Of a stretch of 64,000 nt of DNA, positions 42,095 to 51,643 are shown piece after piece; position 1 is the stretch's first letter; each line of letters opens with the position of its first letter. The stretch spans positions 768,001-832,000 of the forward strand of contig CAXXMD010000003.1 in the NCBI GenBank assembly GCA_963675755.2, written 5' to 3'. Under the pieces are notes generated by a model that saw only the letters and a program-made list of their open reading frames with translations, was not told the origin of the DNA and did not search any database. The position numbers and the translations under genes are program-made. This DNA is from a bacterium. Lineage in GTDB: Bacteria > Zhuqueibacterota > Zhuqueibacteria > Residuimicrobiales > Krinioviventaceae.

Positions 42095-44845
42095 TTATTT
42101 CATCAAAGCCATCTTTTTAACGGATTCAAAATTTTCTGTCTGGAATTTATAGAAATAAACACCAGTAGGCAGATTTTGAGCGTCAAAACGAACGGTATGT
42201 GTACCTTGAGCTACAGTACCATCGATCAATTTAGCAACTTGCTGACCGGTTACGTTGTAAATGGTCAGTTTTGCTTTACCACTAGCCGGCATGGTGAATT
42301 GAATGTCGGTAGTTGGGTTGAATGGATTCGGATAGTTCTGTGACAGTTTGTAACCATCAATAACAGCTACATTATCAACTGCATTACCTAATGGATCGCG
42401 GTCAATAACAGTTACATTATCAACAAACCAGGTTGCAAAGCCACCATCATTGTTGAGGTTTTTCCACCAGAAGCGGAACTGTACTGAAGAAGCGCCAGCA
42501 ACCATATCTGTAATTTCATAAGACATGTATTCAAGGCTGAAAGAAATAGCTTCAGCAGCGCCACCAACAGTTTTTGCCCAATGAACAACTGGCAGCCAGG
42601 TTGTGCCACCGTCTACAGACAGGTCAACCAAAGCATAGATTGGGAAATTGTCATCACCATCGGTTCCACCAATTTTACTGGAGAATTCGAGGTAAACATC
42701 ATTAGTTGTTTCAAGATCATAAACAGGGCTGTACAGCAATTCGTTTTGTGGTTGTGGAATGGTACCAGTAGCCATATCACCATACAAAGTATCATTACGA
42801 ATACCAGCCATATGACGAATGTAAGCACCAATGTTGTTTGGTTCATCTTCATCATTTACAAACCAGGTATTTAACCAGTCAAAATCTTCAGTGTTTGCAC
42901 TATCAACTGTAGTCCAACCGCCAAGATCCAGGTCATCACTATAAGTAGCCTTTTCAGACCAGGTTGGGAATGGGAACCAGTTATGATCACCATCTTCATC
43001 GAGGTTCAGATATTCCTGGAATGTTTCAAAAACAACTACTTCATCCAAAGAAGGATAAGCATAGAAACCAGAACTTACAACATCGTTGTATGCAGCACCG
43101 TCTCCATTGTAAAGAGAAGTCAAATAAATGTTATAGAATTCTTTTTCAGTAGGAACAGTAAATTCACCCAATGTCAACTGACGGCTTTCTGCGCCTGCCA
43201 ACAATGGTGGAGTTTGATCGTTTTTGGTGTACAAAGTGTCACCAGATTCATTGGTAATAACCAATGATACAGGTACAGGACCCAAAGAGCTGGTACCATT
43301 GTTTTTAACCGTACCGGTCATTACAATGGTTTCGCCTTTGTTTATTGGGTTATTTACAGTCAAACCAAAATCAAGTGTTTGTGGTTTTGCATCAATTTCA
43401 GGAATAACTGCTGTACCATCAATGTACTGTGCTTTATTGAAAGGAGCACCTGCAGCTGACCAGAAAATGTCAAGAGTTGATCTTGCAGGATCGTAAACAA
43501 CATCACAACCTTGATCACCCAAAGGAGAGTTACCATCCTGGGTAATCCAACGATGCAATTCCCAATCCATATCAGCAGGTCCAACACCAGCATAACTGGT
43601 AGCGTCAACAAGTTTCAAAGCAACAATGTCGCCACCACCACCAACAAAGTTTTCATACCAGTTGGTATTCATAACAACATAAACAATGTCGTTTTCATCA
43701 TCAACATCTGCGTTTGGCAGATACAGATGATCATCATTAACAACAGGAATGTTGGCATAATTGTCAGAATTAAACTGAACAGCGCCTTCGTAACCTTCGC
43801 CATTGTTCAATGAACCAAAATCGGTTGCACTTGTAGCATCCGTTGGTGGTTCCCAGGTACCAAACCAAACAGTTTCTGCTTCATAACCATCCATGAAATA
43901 GTAACCACGGTTGTTTTGATCAAAGATCATTTCAGGCATACCCCAGCAGTCTTCCAATTCTGCTCTCAAGCGTGTTGGAGGAATGGGGCCCCATGCCTGG
44001 GCTGCTGATTTGTAATAAATGTGATAAGGGGTTTTATCACCAAATGTATCAGAACCACCGTCACCAGAAAAGATGATGTGGGGATCGTTGTTACGGTCAA
44101 GTAAAATAGTTCCCTGGAATACAACACCGCTGGGAACAAAACTGATAGCTTCTGCACCAACAGAACCGTCAGATTTGGTGAACACGAGGTTTTCCAAATC
44201 AGCAGCACCGTCTGCAGCAGACAGATCAGCTTTAGTATAGAACATGTCCTGATTTTGTTTAGCATAGGTAATATGAACAACGCGGTCTGAACCAATTGTC
44301 ATAGTTGCCCAAGATACTTCAGCTGTAGGAACATTGATTTTGTTACCCAAGTCCATAAAAGGAGTCCAGGTTTCACCGCCATCAGTAGAACGGGTCAACT
44401 GAGTACGCCATACACCACCTGTAATCTGAATAGCAGGCAACAGGTAGAGGTCGTCATTGGTTGGATCGATGGATAATTTAGCCATTAAACTACGGCTCCA
44501 TCCGGTATAACCAATGGTTTCAGGGATGTTCATAGGTTCTGTCCATTCCAGGCCCAATTCATCAAGTGAATGTGCATAGTATGGGAAATCGTAACCAGGA
44601 TCTTCCCAAGAAACATGGAGCAGACCATCAGAGGTACGAGCAGAGTGACGACCACCATAGTGGAATGCACGCGGCATAGCATCACCAACATCAATACCAC
44701 CAGGTTTTGTAAAAGCAGTTACGCTAACTTCGGATACAGGATCAGGATCAGCAATTTTTGCCAATTTTAACTGAGCACTTGCTCCGGAAGCCATAATTAA
44801 AGAAAATACAACAAACAGTAACAATAAGGAATTTACCTTTTTCAT
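42095..44845 (-). CDS. Secreted protein with Asp-box/BNR-like region, CARDB-like and jelly-roll domains, T9SS-A-like tail
   Basis: ATG 44845 with SD GGGAGG; RSTDGGETW, SVDGGTTW; QNYPNPFNP..NLPTGVYFY. Confidence 0.82.
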   Translation of the reverse strand: MKKVNSLLLLFVVFSLIMASGASAQLKLAKIADPDPVSEVSVTAFTKPGGIDVGDAMPRAFHYGGRHSARTSDGLLHVSWEDPGYDFPYYAHSLDELGLEWTEPMNIPETIGYTGWSRSLMAKLSIDPTNDDLYLLPAIQITGGVWRTQLTRSTDGGETWTPFMDLGNKINVPTAEVSWATMTIGSDRVVHITYAKQNQDMFYTKADLSAADGAADLENLVFTKSDGSVGAEAISFVPSGVVFQGTILLDRNNDPHIIFSGDGGSDTFGDKTPYHIYYKSAAQAWGPIPPTRLRAELEDCWGMPEMIFDQNNRGYYFMDGYEAETVWFGTWEPPTDATSATDFGSLNNGEGYEGAVQFNSDNYANIPVVNDDHLYLPNADVDDENDIVYVVMNTNWYENFVGGGGDIVALKLVDATSYAGVGPADMDWELHRWITQDGNSPLGDQGCDVVYDPARSTLDIFWSAAGAPFNKAQYIDGTAVIPEIDAKPQTLDFGLTVNNPINKGETIVMTGTVKNNGTSSLGPVPVSLVITNESGDTLYTKNDQTPPLLAGAESRQLTLGEFTVPTEKEFYNIYLTSLYNGDGAAYNDVVSSGFYAYPSLDEVVVFETFQEYLNLDEDGDHNWFPFPTWSEKATYSDDLDLGGWTTVDSANTEDFDWLNTWFVNDEDEPNNIGAYIRHMAGIRNDTLYGDMATGTIPQPQNELLYSPVYDLETTNDVYLEFSSKIGGTDGDDNFPIYALVDLSVDGGTTWLPVVHWAKTVGGAAEAISFSLEYMSYEITDMVAGASSVQFRFWWKNLNNDGGFATWFVDNVTVIDRDPLGNAVDNVAVIDGYKLSQNYPNPFNPTTDIQFTMPASGKAKLTIYNVTGQQVAKLIDGTVAQGTHTVRFDAQNLPTGVYFYKFQTENFESVKKMALMK

Positions 44846-44979
44846 AATTCCTCCCAATTTAAAAAATCAGTGAATTAACTCTTACCAACAAGTTTAAGTA
44901 TTACAATAAAATTTTTGCTCGCTCACCTCCTTTTCCTGACTTTTTTTAAATGCTTCATTGAATGCCTGCTAAATTTATA

Positions 44980-46296
44980 TTAAAAAATATCTTTAGGACT
45001 CCAATCCGCTGGAGGTGTATCACTCAGGCCATTAATCAAAGAGATCAAGTTGAATGAAAAATCTGTTCTGGTATTATCAACAACATCTCCCTGACCCAGA
45101 TAAACCTCTAAACATTCTTCAGCACTTAAATAATCATTAATATTATAATAACAAATAGCCATTACTTTGTAAAAATCCCACATATTATAGTCTGTATCAC
45201 CATCAAAAAGGTTACGTTGATATGGATATTTACCACTATCAAGGGCTTTTAAATCCTGGTTGATGTACATCAAAGCCCGGCTGGCTTCAAGTGCAGAAAC
45301 ATAATCACCTTGTGCAAGATAAGCTGCAGACATGCCGGCATAAGCGTCGGCCTGCATATATGTACCACCACTCTGAGGATTATTAGCATCGTATTTATTG
45401 TAGAAATCACCTTTGATATAATAGATATCACCCGGTTGATCTTCGGGAGCATCACTTAGATCTTCAAGTTCCTCATTTAAAACAATAAAACGATTGGTAT
45501 ATCTGTCAATGAGATATCCTTTTTCATGATACGTAAAAATAGCTTCAATTTCTTTAAGGGTTTCAACACGTGGCACAATTGAAAGAACTCCCGTTTGTGT
45601 ATCAATGTAATATTGATCCAGCTCGGTCAACTCGTTTTCAGAAGCAACAGCAGTAGTAAAAGTTGCAGGATTAAAACTTAGAGAATTATCCAATGCATTT
45701 CCCAGTGCTGTTGAAGTTGCGTTACTGAGTTCTGATTTGGGTAAATTAATCACACGGGTTCCAGGATCCAACTCAAAAGCTGGCGAAGCTCCCATTTTTT
45801 GAACAACACGTGCACTATAACTGTCAATATCATCAATGCTGACAATATATTCATCTGTCATAAGTTGCAACTCGCCGTTCACATCTACATATTGAGTGTC
45901 TGGCACAGCATAAGCCTCAACACCTTCTTTAGCAACAACCGGAAACCGGCTGCTGCTAACAGATTCAAGACTAATAACAAAGCTAAAGTTTGTTATAGCC
46001 TGAGCATATTTTTCAAGTCTGCTATAGGTCCAACCTAAACCTCTATATGCATCAATAGAAAGTTCAGGTGAAACGTTTCTTTGCAAAGTAGCTTCAAAGT
46101 TTGCCACAGCAGCTTCATAATCACCATTTTGGTAGGCTGTCCAGCCTTCTACTATTAAACCTTCAACAGACTGTGCGGTTGTAGGTATATTATCTGATTT
46201 GTCAGAACAACCAAACAAGACCATCAAAGTAACGATTGCAATGAGAACAAAAACCGATCTTGCAGCCAGGTCTTTGTTTCGAGTAATCTGAATCAT
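44980..46296 (-). CDS. TPR-containing lipoprotein
   Basis: Lipobox LFG-C; TPR EGWTAYQNGDYEAAVANF / AYRGLGWTY; SD AGGAGG, ATG 46296. Confidence 0.82.
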   Translation of the reverse strand: MIQITRNKDLAARSVFVLIAIVTLMVLFGCSDKSDNIPTTAQSVEGLIVEGWTAYQNGDYEAAVANFEATLQRNVSPELSIDAYRGLGWTYSRLEKYAQAITNFSFVISLESVSSSRFPVVAKEGVEAYAVPDTQYVDVNGELQLMTDEYIVSIDDIDSYSARVVQKMGASPAFELDPGTRVINLPKSELSNATSTALGNALDNSLSFNPATFTTAVASENELTELDQYYIDTQTGVLSIVPRVETLKEIEAIFTYHEKGYLIDRYTNRFIVLNEELEDLSDAPEDQPGDIYYIKGDFYNKYDANNPQSGGTYMQADAYAGMSAAYLAQGDYVSALEASRALMYINQDLKALDSGKYPYQRNLFDGDTDYNMWDFYKVMAICYYNINDYLSAEECLEVYLGQGDVVDNTRTDFSFNLISLINGLSDTPPADWSPKDIF

Positions 46297-46336
46297 CAAT
46301 GCCTCCTTAAATCTATAGCAAATTAAATAATCAACA

Positions 46337-49300
46337 TTATTTTATCAGAACCATTTTCCGTGTTTCTACATAGCTGCCAGCACGCATTTCATAGACGTAA
46401 ACGCCACTACTTACTCTGGCACCTCTTGCATTCAATCCATTCCATTTTGCAGTATAATAACCGGCACTCATATTCTGATCAACCAGGGTATTTACCAATT
46501 GACCATTCATGTTGTAGATTCGGATTACAACACGTTCCTGCTGAGGCACCTGATATTTAATTTCAGTTGAAGGATTAAACGGATTAGGATAGTTCTGATA
46601 AACCGCATAGGTTGTTGGTACTTGTTCTGTTTCAATGCTCTGATTAGCAACATTACCAGAAATAACTGCATATACACCCAGCTCATTTACACTGGCAGAA
46701 ATTGTACCTTGTTTTTCGTTAATCATAGCTGGCACTGATATCCATTCATCATCTTGTAGACGATACAAGCCAATGTCTTCTGACACGGCATCTGTTGAAT
46801 ATTTGATGCTTAAAGCCGCATTATTATTCAAACTTTTATTTACAGGACCGAATTGATAAAGATCGCTTGCAAATTCATAATCATCGGCATCTGATTTTTG
46901 CAATCCAACCATTGTTTCGGGTTTGTTTGTAAACAGTGTCAAATATGTTTCTGACAAAAATGTGTTCGACGGAATAACCATAGAAGCATTTTCATCATCT
47001 GTTACCAGAGTTGTTGAAAATTTGGGCAATGCTTTTGAAACTGACAGAGGAGCTACAATTTCTTCATTATCATTTCCCGCGCAATCCTGAAGTTTACGAA
47101 TAACCAGGTTAACCTGACCTTCTTCAGTCAAATGATAGCGGCCTTTATAAATAAAGTATTCACTTTGTATATCAGCGCCACTTCCACTTGATTTTGGATC
47201 AATGTTGTCAAACAATGAAATATCTACTGCTGTTGTATCAGTAAAATAAACCATTTCTACTGTTGGGTTTTCAAATTCAGTACCAATGTCTGAAAAAGTA
47301 TGTTCATTGGCTGATATTAAAATATCAACAAATTCAGGATACAATGGGTTATGAACAATCTGATAATCAACTTCTGGTGGTGTTACATCTTTGAGCTGTA
47401 AATATTTAACACCACGTCCCAAAGAATCCTGGTTACTTACTACAACATACATTTCGTGGTACTTTAAAGATGTTCTGTCAGCATTGGGTTCGTATTTATC
47501 CAAGACATTAAAAGATAACTCTTTTTCTTCATTAAACAAAGAAGTAATATTTTCTACATCTTTGGAGCCATCTGGTTTAACTTTGATCAGGTGCACCCGC
47601 AGGTTTGCATAATCACTTGCATTGATTTTCATATTAATGGGTTCACCGGTTTTGAGATCTTTGTCCCAATAATTTATTACGGATTGTACAGGATTGTCTG
47701 CAAAGATACTGGGATCAGGGAACAGATAACGAATAGTATATGCCCAGTTATTCAGTCCTTGTCCATATTCCTGTAAAACTCTATATTCTTTGTATTCAGA
47801 CATTGAAGTATTGTGACCAAAAAGGTTTCCATAATTCATACCTAAACCTTTTTCATCCATATAATTATTCAAAACTGCAGAATATAAAGAATCTTGATAA
47901 CCATATTTAGCACCGGAAATGGGATCAGATTGATTAACATCGTTGATACAGTTGGCAATTACCCAAGCTGCATAAACATCGTCGAAATTTTTACCATATT
48001 CGGCTTGCAATACATTTTGAATACCTTCCCATCCATTGTCCTCATCGGCAATGATTTTATTGAAAAGGTCAAAACCGCCAAAGTTTTCAAAAAGATATGT
48101 AAAGAACATGGAAACCTGGGTAAAGCGGTTATTCATGTCACCATCATCAGGACTTACAGCCCATGGGCTAAGTGCAGTTCCTGCAACAAGACTGTAAACA
48201 TTTGCTGCACCTGTCAAAGTCTGAAAATCAGGCATTGATGAAGGCAAAGGAAAGCCACAAAGGCGTTCTGCCATAAAGCCAATTCCTTCGGTAACCCATC
48301 TCTGTTCATCATAATCATTGTTCCAGTGCATCAGGCGAAGCAATTGATGTCCCAAAGCTGCAGCACGCTGAGCATCTGTTGCCTGACGGGAATCAATATA
48401 AAGGAACTCGCCTTTATTGGTATTGCCAATCAGGTTCTGATCTTCAGGACGGAAATAACCGGCAATATTGGTTGTTCCGCTTAAACCGTTAGAAGTCAGG
48501 TTTTCTTCGTAACCTATATCTTCAATGTTATGCAAAAGGATGCTAATTTTGTTGTTATCATCCATGTCCGGGATATTTTCTTCACCAAACTGCTGAGCAA
48601 TAACATCATAAACACCCATTGAAGGATTAGCAGGGGTGGAATTGTCAAAATAATTGATCAAGGTTTGAATATTTTCTTCATTTACATAAGCAGGCATTCC
48701 AAAGTTTGAACCTGTCCATGTTGCGCCATTGTCTGCAGTTTCATAAAAACCATAAGGTGTTCCTGCATACAAGGTGTTATTGATAACATTTACACTAAAT
48801 ACCTCTGTTTCAGCATCAATTGTTCCAAGTGCTTCCCAGGAGGTTCCGCCTGTTGTGCTTTTAAAAACATTATCCATTGTACCGGCATAGAGTGAACCGT
48901 CTGTTAATGCTGTCAAACTTTGAATATCAATATTCTCAAGACCTTCAGTTACAGAACCAACAAGGTCCCAGGAAAGTCCCATATCCGATGTTTTATAAAC
49001 ACCGTTTTCATTACCGGCATAAACAACCTGGTCATTACCGGCATATGCCATTTTATTAAACACCAACCCACTGGAAGTATAAAGTTCCATCTGGGCGATT
49101 ATTTCTGTGGTATTAAAGTCATCATAATTATCAATTTCTTCACCAGAAACCAGGTTATCATTATTTATCAGGATACCCTTTTTCTCATTATTCAAACCGC
49201 GAAGTGAAGTAGATTTGGCAGTCCAAACCCAGGTATTGGTTCCATCAGTGTATTTAACATTGATAAATTTACCACCCACTTCAAAATTGGGATCTGCGGG

Positions 49301-50494
49301 ATAAGAAACAACAATTAATATCTCAGCAAGTGGATCAATTATTGTAGCTTTTGCCGATTCACCATGAAATTTGAAATCATTTACATCAATACCAGGAAAA
49401 GGGCCATAACCAGTGTATGTTGAAAAGTCTTGTGTATAATCATTAATTCTAATATTCCACAAACCTTCATCACCTACAATACCTTCTGTATTTCGTTGAG
49501 TATATAATGGATCTGTGGTTTCAAGATCATTGGGTGGACAAATAAATTTTCTATAGGGTTGTCCCAAGCTGTCATATTCTACTAAAACAACTTTGTCTTC
49601 GCGGCTAATGCCATCTACCGCAAACCAGTTATCGTAAATTTCACCTGTATTGGGGTCCCACAACGCGCGGCCCAATTCAGCAAGTTTGGCTTCATCAAGA
49701 GTAGATTCGAAAACATTTACAACCGTGTTTGCTTTGGTTGCTGTAATTTTGCGTTCAACACCCTGCCAGTAAGCGCCTTGATTTTTTGTTAAAAAGACAC
49801 CGGCTTCTGTAGCGGCCATAACGGAACCATCAACAACAGAAAGCGCGTTTACAGGTAAATATTCGTCATCGCCATCTTTGGGTAAACCATTTGACATACG
49901 GTCCCATGAAGTACCGCCATTGTCACTGGCATAAACACCAGCATCAATATCGATATCACTATCTTCATCGCCATCATCTGCCCAAACGTAACCGCCCAGA
50001 CCGGCATAAACAACGCCATTTGCTTCAGCGAAACAAAAGACAGGAGTACGAACAGTAGCACGTCTCCAGCGAGCGCCTTCAACGTCCCAACGATAAATAC
50101 CATCATCAAGGCCTGCCAAAACAGTTCCATCAGATGTAACAAAAATCGCGTTAACCGGGCTTTTTCCAAAAGTTCTTGAACTGTTTGGATGGCCATCACT
50201 CAGGCTGACCCAGGTTGTTTCGTTCAATCCTTTTGAAAAAACACCAGTTCGTTTGGTACCTGCATAAACAACGCCATTGGTTTCATCAACTGTGATAGCA
50301 GTAATCAGGTTGTTCTCAACCCAAACATCACAATTTTCACCAATTGCGGCCAAAGTGGCACCAATTTTATAATCATACTGGAAAAACTGATAATTATGTA
50401 CCCACAACAATCTGGACTCGCCAACTGTCTGGGCATATAATGCATTTCCCATAAATAAAAGCACAAGGAAAATAACAGATAATTTTTTAAACAT
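46337..50494 (-). CDS. Secreted protein: BNR beta-propeller plus degenerate M30-like peptidase domain, FlgD/T9SS-A-like tail
   Basis: SDNGGTSW, TSDMGLSW, STTGGTSW, ADNGATW Asp-boxes; PDMDDNNKI, IAGYF, LGHQLLRLMH, WVTEG. Confidence 0.78.
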   Translation of the reverse strand: MFKKLSVIFLVLLFMGNALYAQTVGESRLLWVHNYQFFQYDYKIGATLAAIGENCDVWVENNLITAITVDETNGVVYAGTKRTGVFSKGLNETTWVSLSDGHPNSSRTFGKSPVNAIFVTSDGTVLAGLDDGIYRWDVEGARWRRATVRTPVFCFAEANGVVYAGLGGYVWADDGDEDSDIDIDAGVYASDNGGTSWDRMSNGLPKDGDDEYLPVNALSVVDGSVMAATEAGVFLTKNQGAYWQGVERKITATKANTVVNVFESTLDEAKLAELGRALWDPNTGEIYDNWFAVDGISREDKVVLVEYDSLGQPYRKFICPPNDLETTDPLYTQRNTEGIVGDEGLWNIRINDYTQDFSTYTGYGPFPGIDVNDFKFHGESAKATIIDPLAEILIVVSYPADPNFEVGGKFINVKYTDGTNTWVWTAKSTSLRGLNNEKKGILINNDNLVSGEEIDNYDDFNTTEIIAQMELYTSSGLVFNKMAYAGNDQVVYAGNENGVYKTSDMGLSWDLVGSVTEGLENIDIQSLTALTDGSLYAGTMDNVFKSTTGGTSWEALGTIDAETEVFSVNVINNTLYAGTPYGFYETADNGATWTGSNFGMPAYVNEENIQTLINYFDNSTPANPSMGVYDVIAQQFGEENIPDMDDNNKISILLHNIEDIGYEENLTSNGLSGTTNIAGYFRPEDQNLIGNTNKGEFLYIDSRQATDAQRAAALGHQLLRLMHWNNDYDEQRWVTEGIGFMAERLCGFPLPSSMPDFQTLTGAANVYSLVAGTALSPWAVSPDDGDMNNRFTQVSMFFTYLFENFGGFDLFNKIIADEDNGWEGIQNVLQAEYGKNFDDVYAAWVIANCINDVNQSDPISGAKYGYQDSLYSAVLNNYMDEKGLGMNYGNLFGHNTSMSEYKEYRVLQEYGQGLNNWAYTIRYLFPDPSIFADNPVQSVINYWDKDLKTGEPINMKINASDYANLRVHLIKVKPDGSKDVENITSLFNEEKELSFNVLDKYEPNADRTSLKYHEMYVVVSNQDSLGRGVKYLQLKDVTPPEVDYQIVHNPLYPEFVDILISANEHTFSDIGTEFENPTVEMVYFTDTTAVDISLFDNIDPKSSGSGADIQSEYFIYKGRYHLTEEGQVNLVIRKLQDCAGNDNEEIVAPLSVSKALPKFSTTLVTDDENASMVIPSNTFLSETYLTLFTNKPETMVGLQKSDADDYEFASDLYQFGPVNKSLNNNAALSIKYSTDAVSEDIGLYRLQDDEWISVPAMINEKQGTISASVNELGVYAVISGNVANQSIETEQVPTTYAVYQNYPNPFNPSTEIKYQVPQQERVVIRIYNMNGQLVNTLVDQNMSAGYYTAKWNGLNARGARVSSGVYVYEMRAGSYVETRKMVLIK

Positions 50495-50550
50495 ATATCC
50501 CTCCGGTAAAGGTCTTTCAAGAGATCAGGAAATAATCATTATCAACTAAA

Positions 50551-51582
50551 TTAGAATTCCAAAGAAAAAGCCATCTGGTGGACCAGATCCAGTATACCAA
50601 AATCGGTATAACTGTAATCGATGCTTGCAGCACCCAGTCCACTCAAACTCAAACGCAAACTACCACCAACAGAAAAGTTGGCAGCATCATGATTTCCGAT
50701 ATAACCGCCACGGAGGGCAATAATATTTTTAAACCAATATTCACCTCCCAGATTTATCTGTTCCACATTATCATTGGGGTGAACCAGGTCACCGGAAACA
50801 GTAAATTTGTTCAGAGGAGAATCAAACAGATCATAAGCAAAACCTGCTCTAAAAATCAAAGGCAGATGATAGGGACGATAATCGTCATACGGTTCAGTAA
50901 TGTACTGCTGAGTATCAGAATCGAAACCAACAATATCAGCATACTGACCAGGGATCTGCATTTCAGGACCAAAGTTCATAATGGCAATACCTAAACGCAA
51001 AGACTTGAAACCTGTTTGATAAATAGCACCCAAGTCAAATGACCATGCGGAAGCAATTTCATCTTCACCGGTATAATCATTTATAGAGCCATAATCTTCA
51101 CGAACATATTTAATGGTACCACCAAAAGAAAATTTATCAGTCAGATATCTTGCATAACTCAAACCAATCATAACATCATTTTTCGAAAATTGTTCGCCGG
51201 TTCCTTCCTGATATTTATAAGTAGTAATATCCATATCTCCTGAACCAAGCACCATGGCGCTCACACCAAAAGAACCCAGAGAAGGAAAAGTTTTTGCAAT
51301 ACCCACTACATTCATTTGAATATCAGCGAACCATTGAACATTAGAAATCAACACATTATAATTCTTAACCATAGCTAAACCGCCAGGATTCCAAAACATG
51401 GAAGACGCATCATCAACAACGGCGACACATGCATTTCCTAGCCCAACATTTCTTGCGCCGGCGCCAATTTTCAGAAACTGAGAACCAGCTGTACCAACTT
51501 TGGCAAATTGTTGGGCAGGTAAAACATGAACCAATCCAAACATTAAGGTGATGCACAATAAAGCAGTAAATTTTTTCTTCAT
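50551..51582 (-). CDS. PorV/PorQ (UPF0164) family outer-membrane beta-barrel
   Basis: QFLKIGAGARNVGLG, SMFWNPGGL, DYSYTDFG, C-terminal Phe; start MKKKF at 51582. Confidence 0.88.
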   Translation of the reverse strand: MKKKFTALLCITLMFGLVHVLPAQQFAKVGTAGSQFLKIGAGARNVGLGNACVAVVDDASSMFWNPGGLAMVKNYNVLISNVQWFADIQMNVVGIAKTFPSLGSFGVSAMVLGSGDMDITTYKYQEGTGEQFSKNDVMIGLSYARYLTDKFSFGGTIKYVREDYGSINDYTGEDEIASAWSFDLGAIYQTGFKSLRLGIAIMNFGPEMQIPGQYADIVGFDSDTQQYITEPYDDYRPYHLPLIFRAGFAYDLFDSPLNKFTVSGDLVHPNDNVEQINLGGEYWFKNIIALRGGYIGNHDAANFSVGGSLRLSLSGLGAASIDYSYTDFGILDLVHQMAFSLEF

Positions 51583-51643
51583 TAGTAATAACCTCTTTAT
51601 TATGATTTGCATTCTACAATAGAAAAACAAAGGCAGCAATACG

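Noticed and set aside
42095-44845. Calling the 920-aa protein a sialidase
   Set aside because: Only isolated Asp-boxes are present; no RIP motif or other recognisable sialidase catalytic residues
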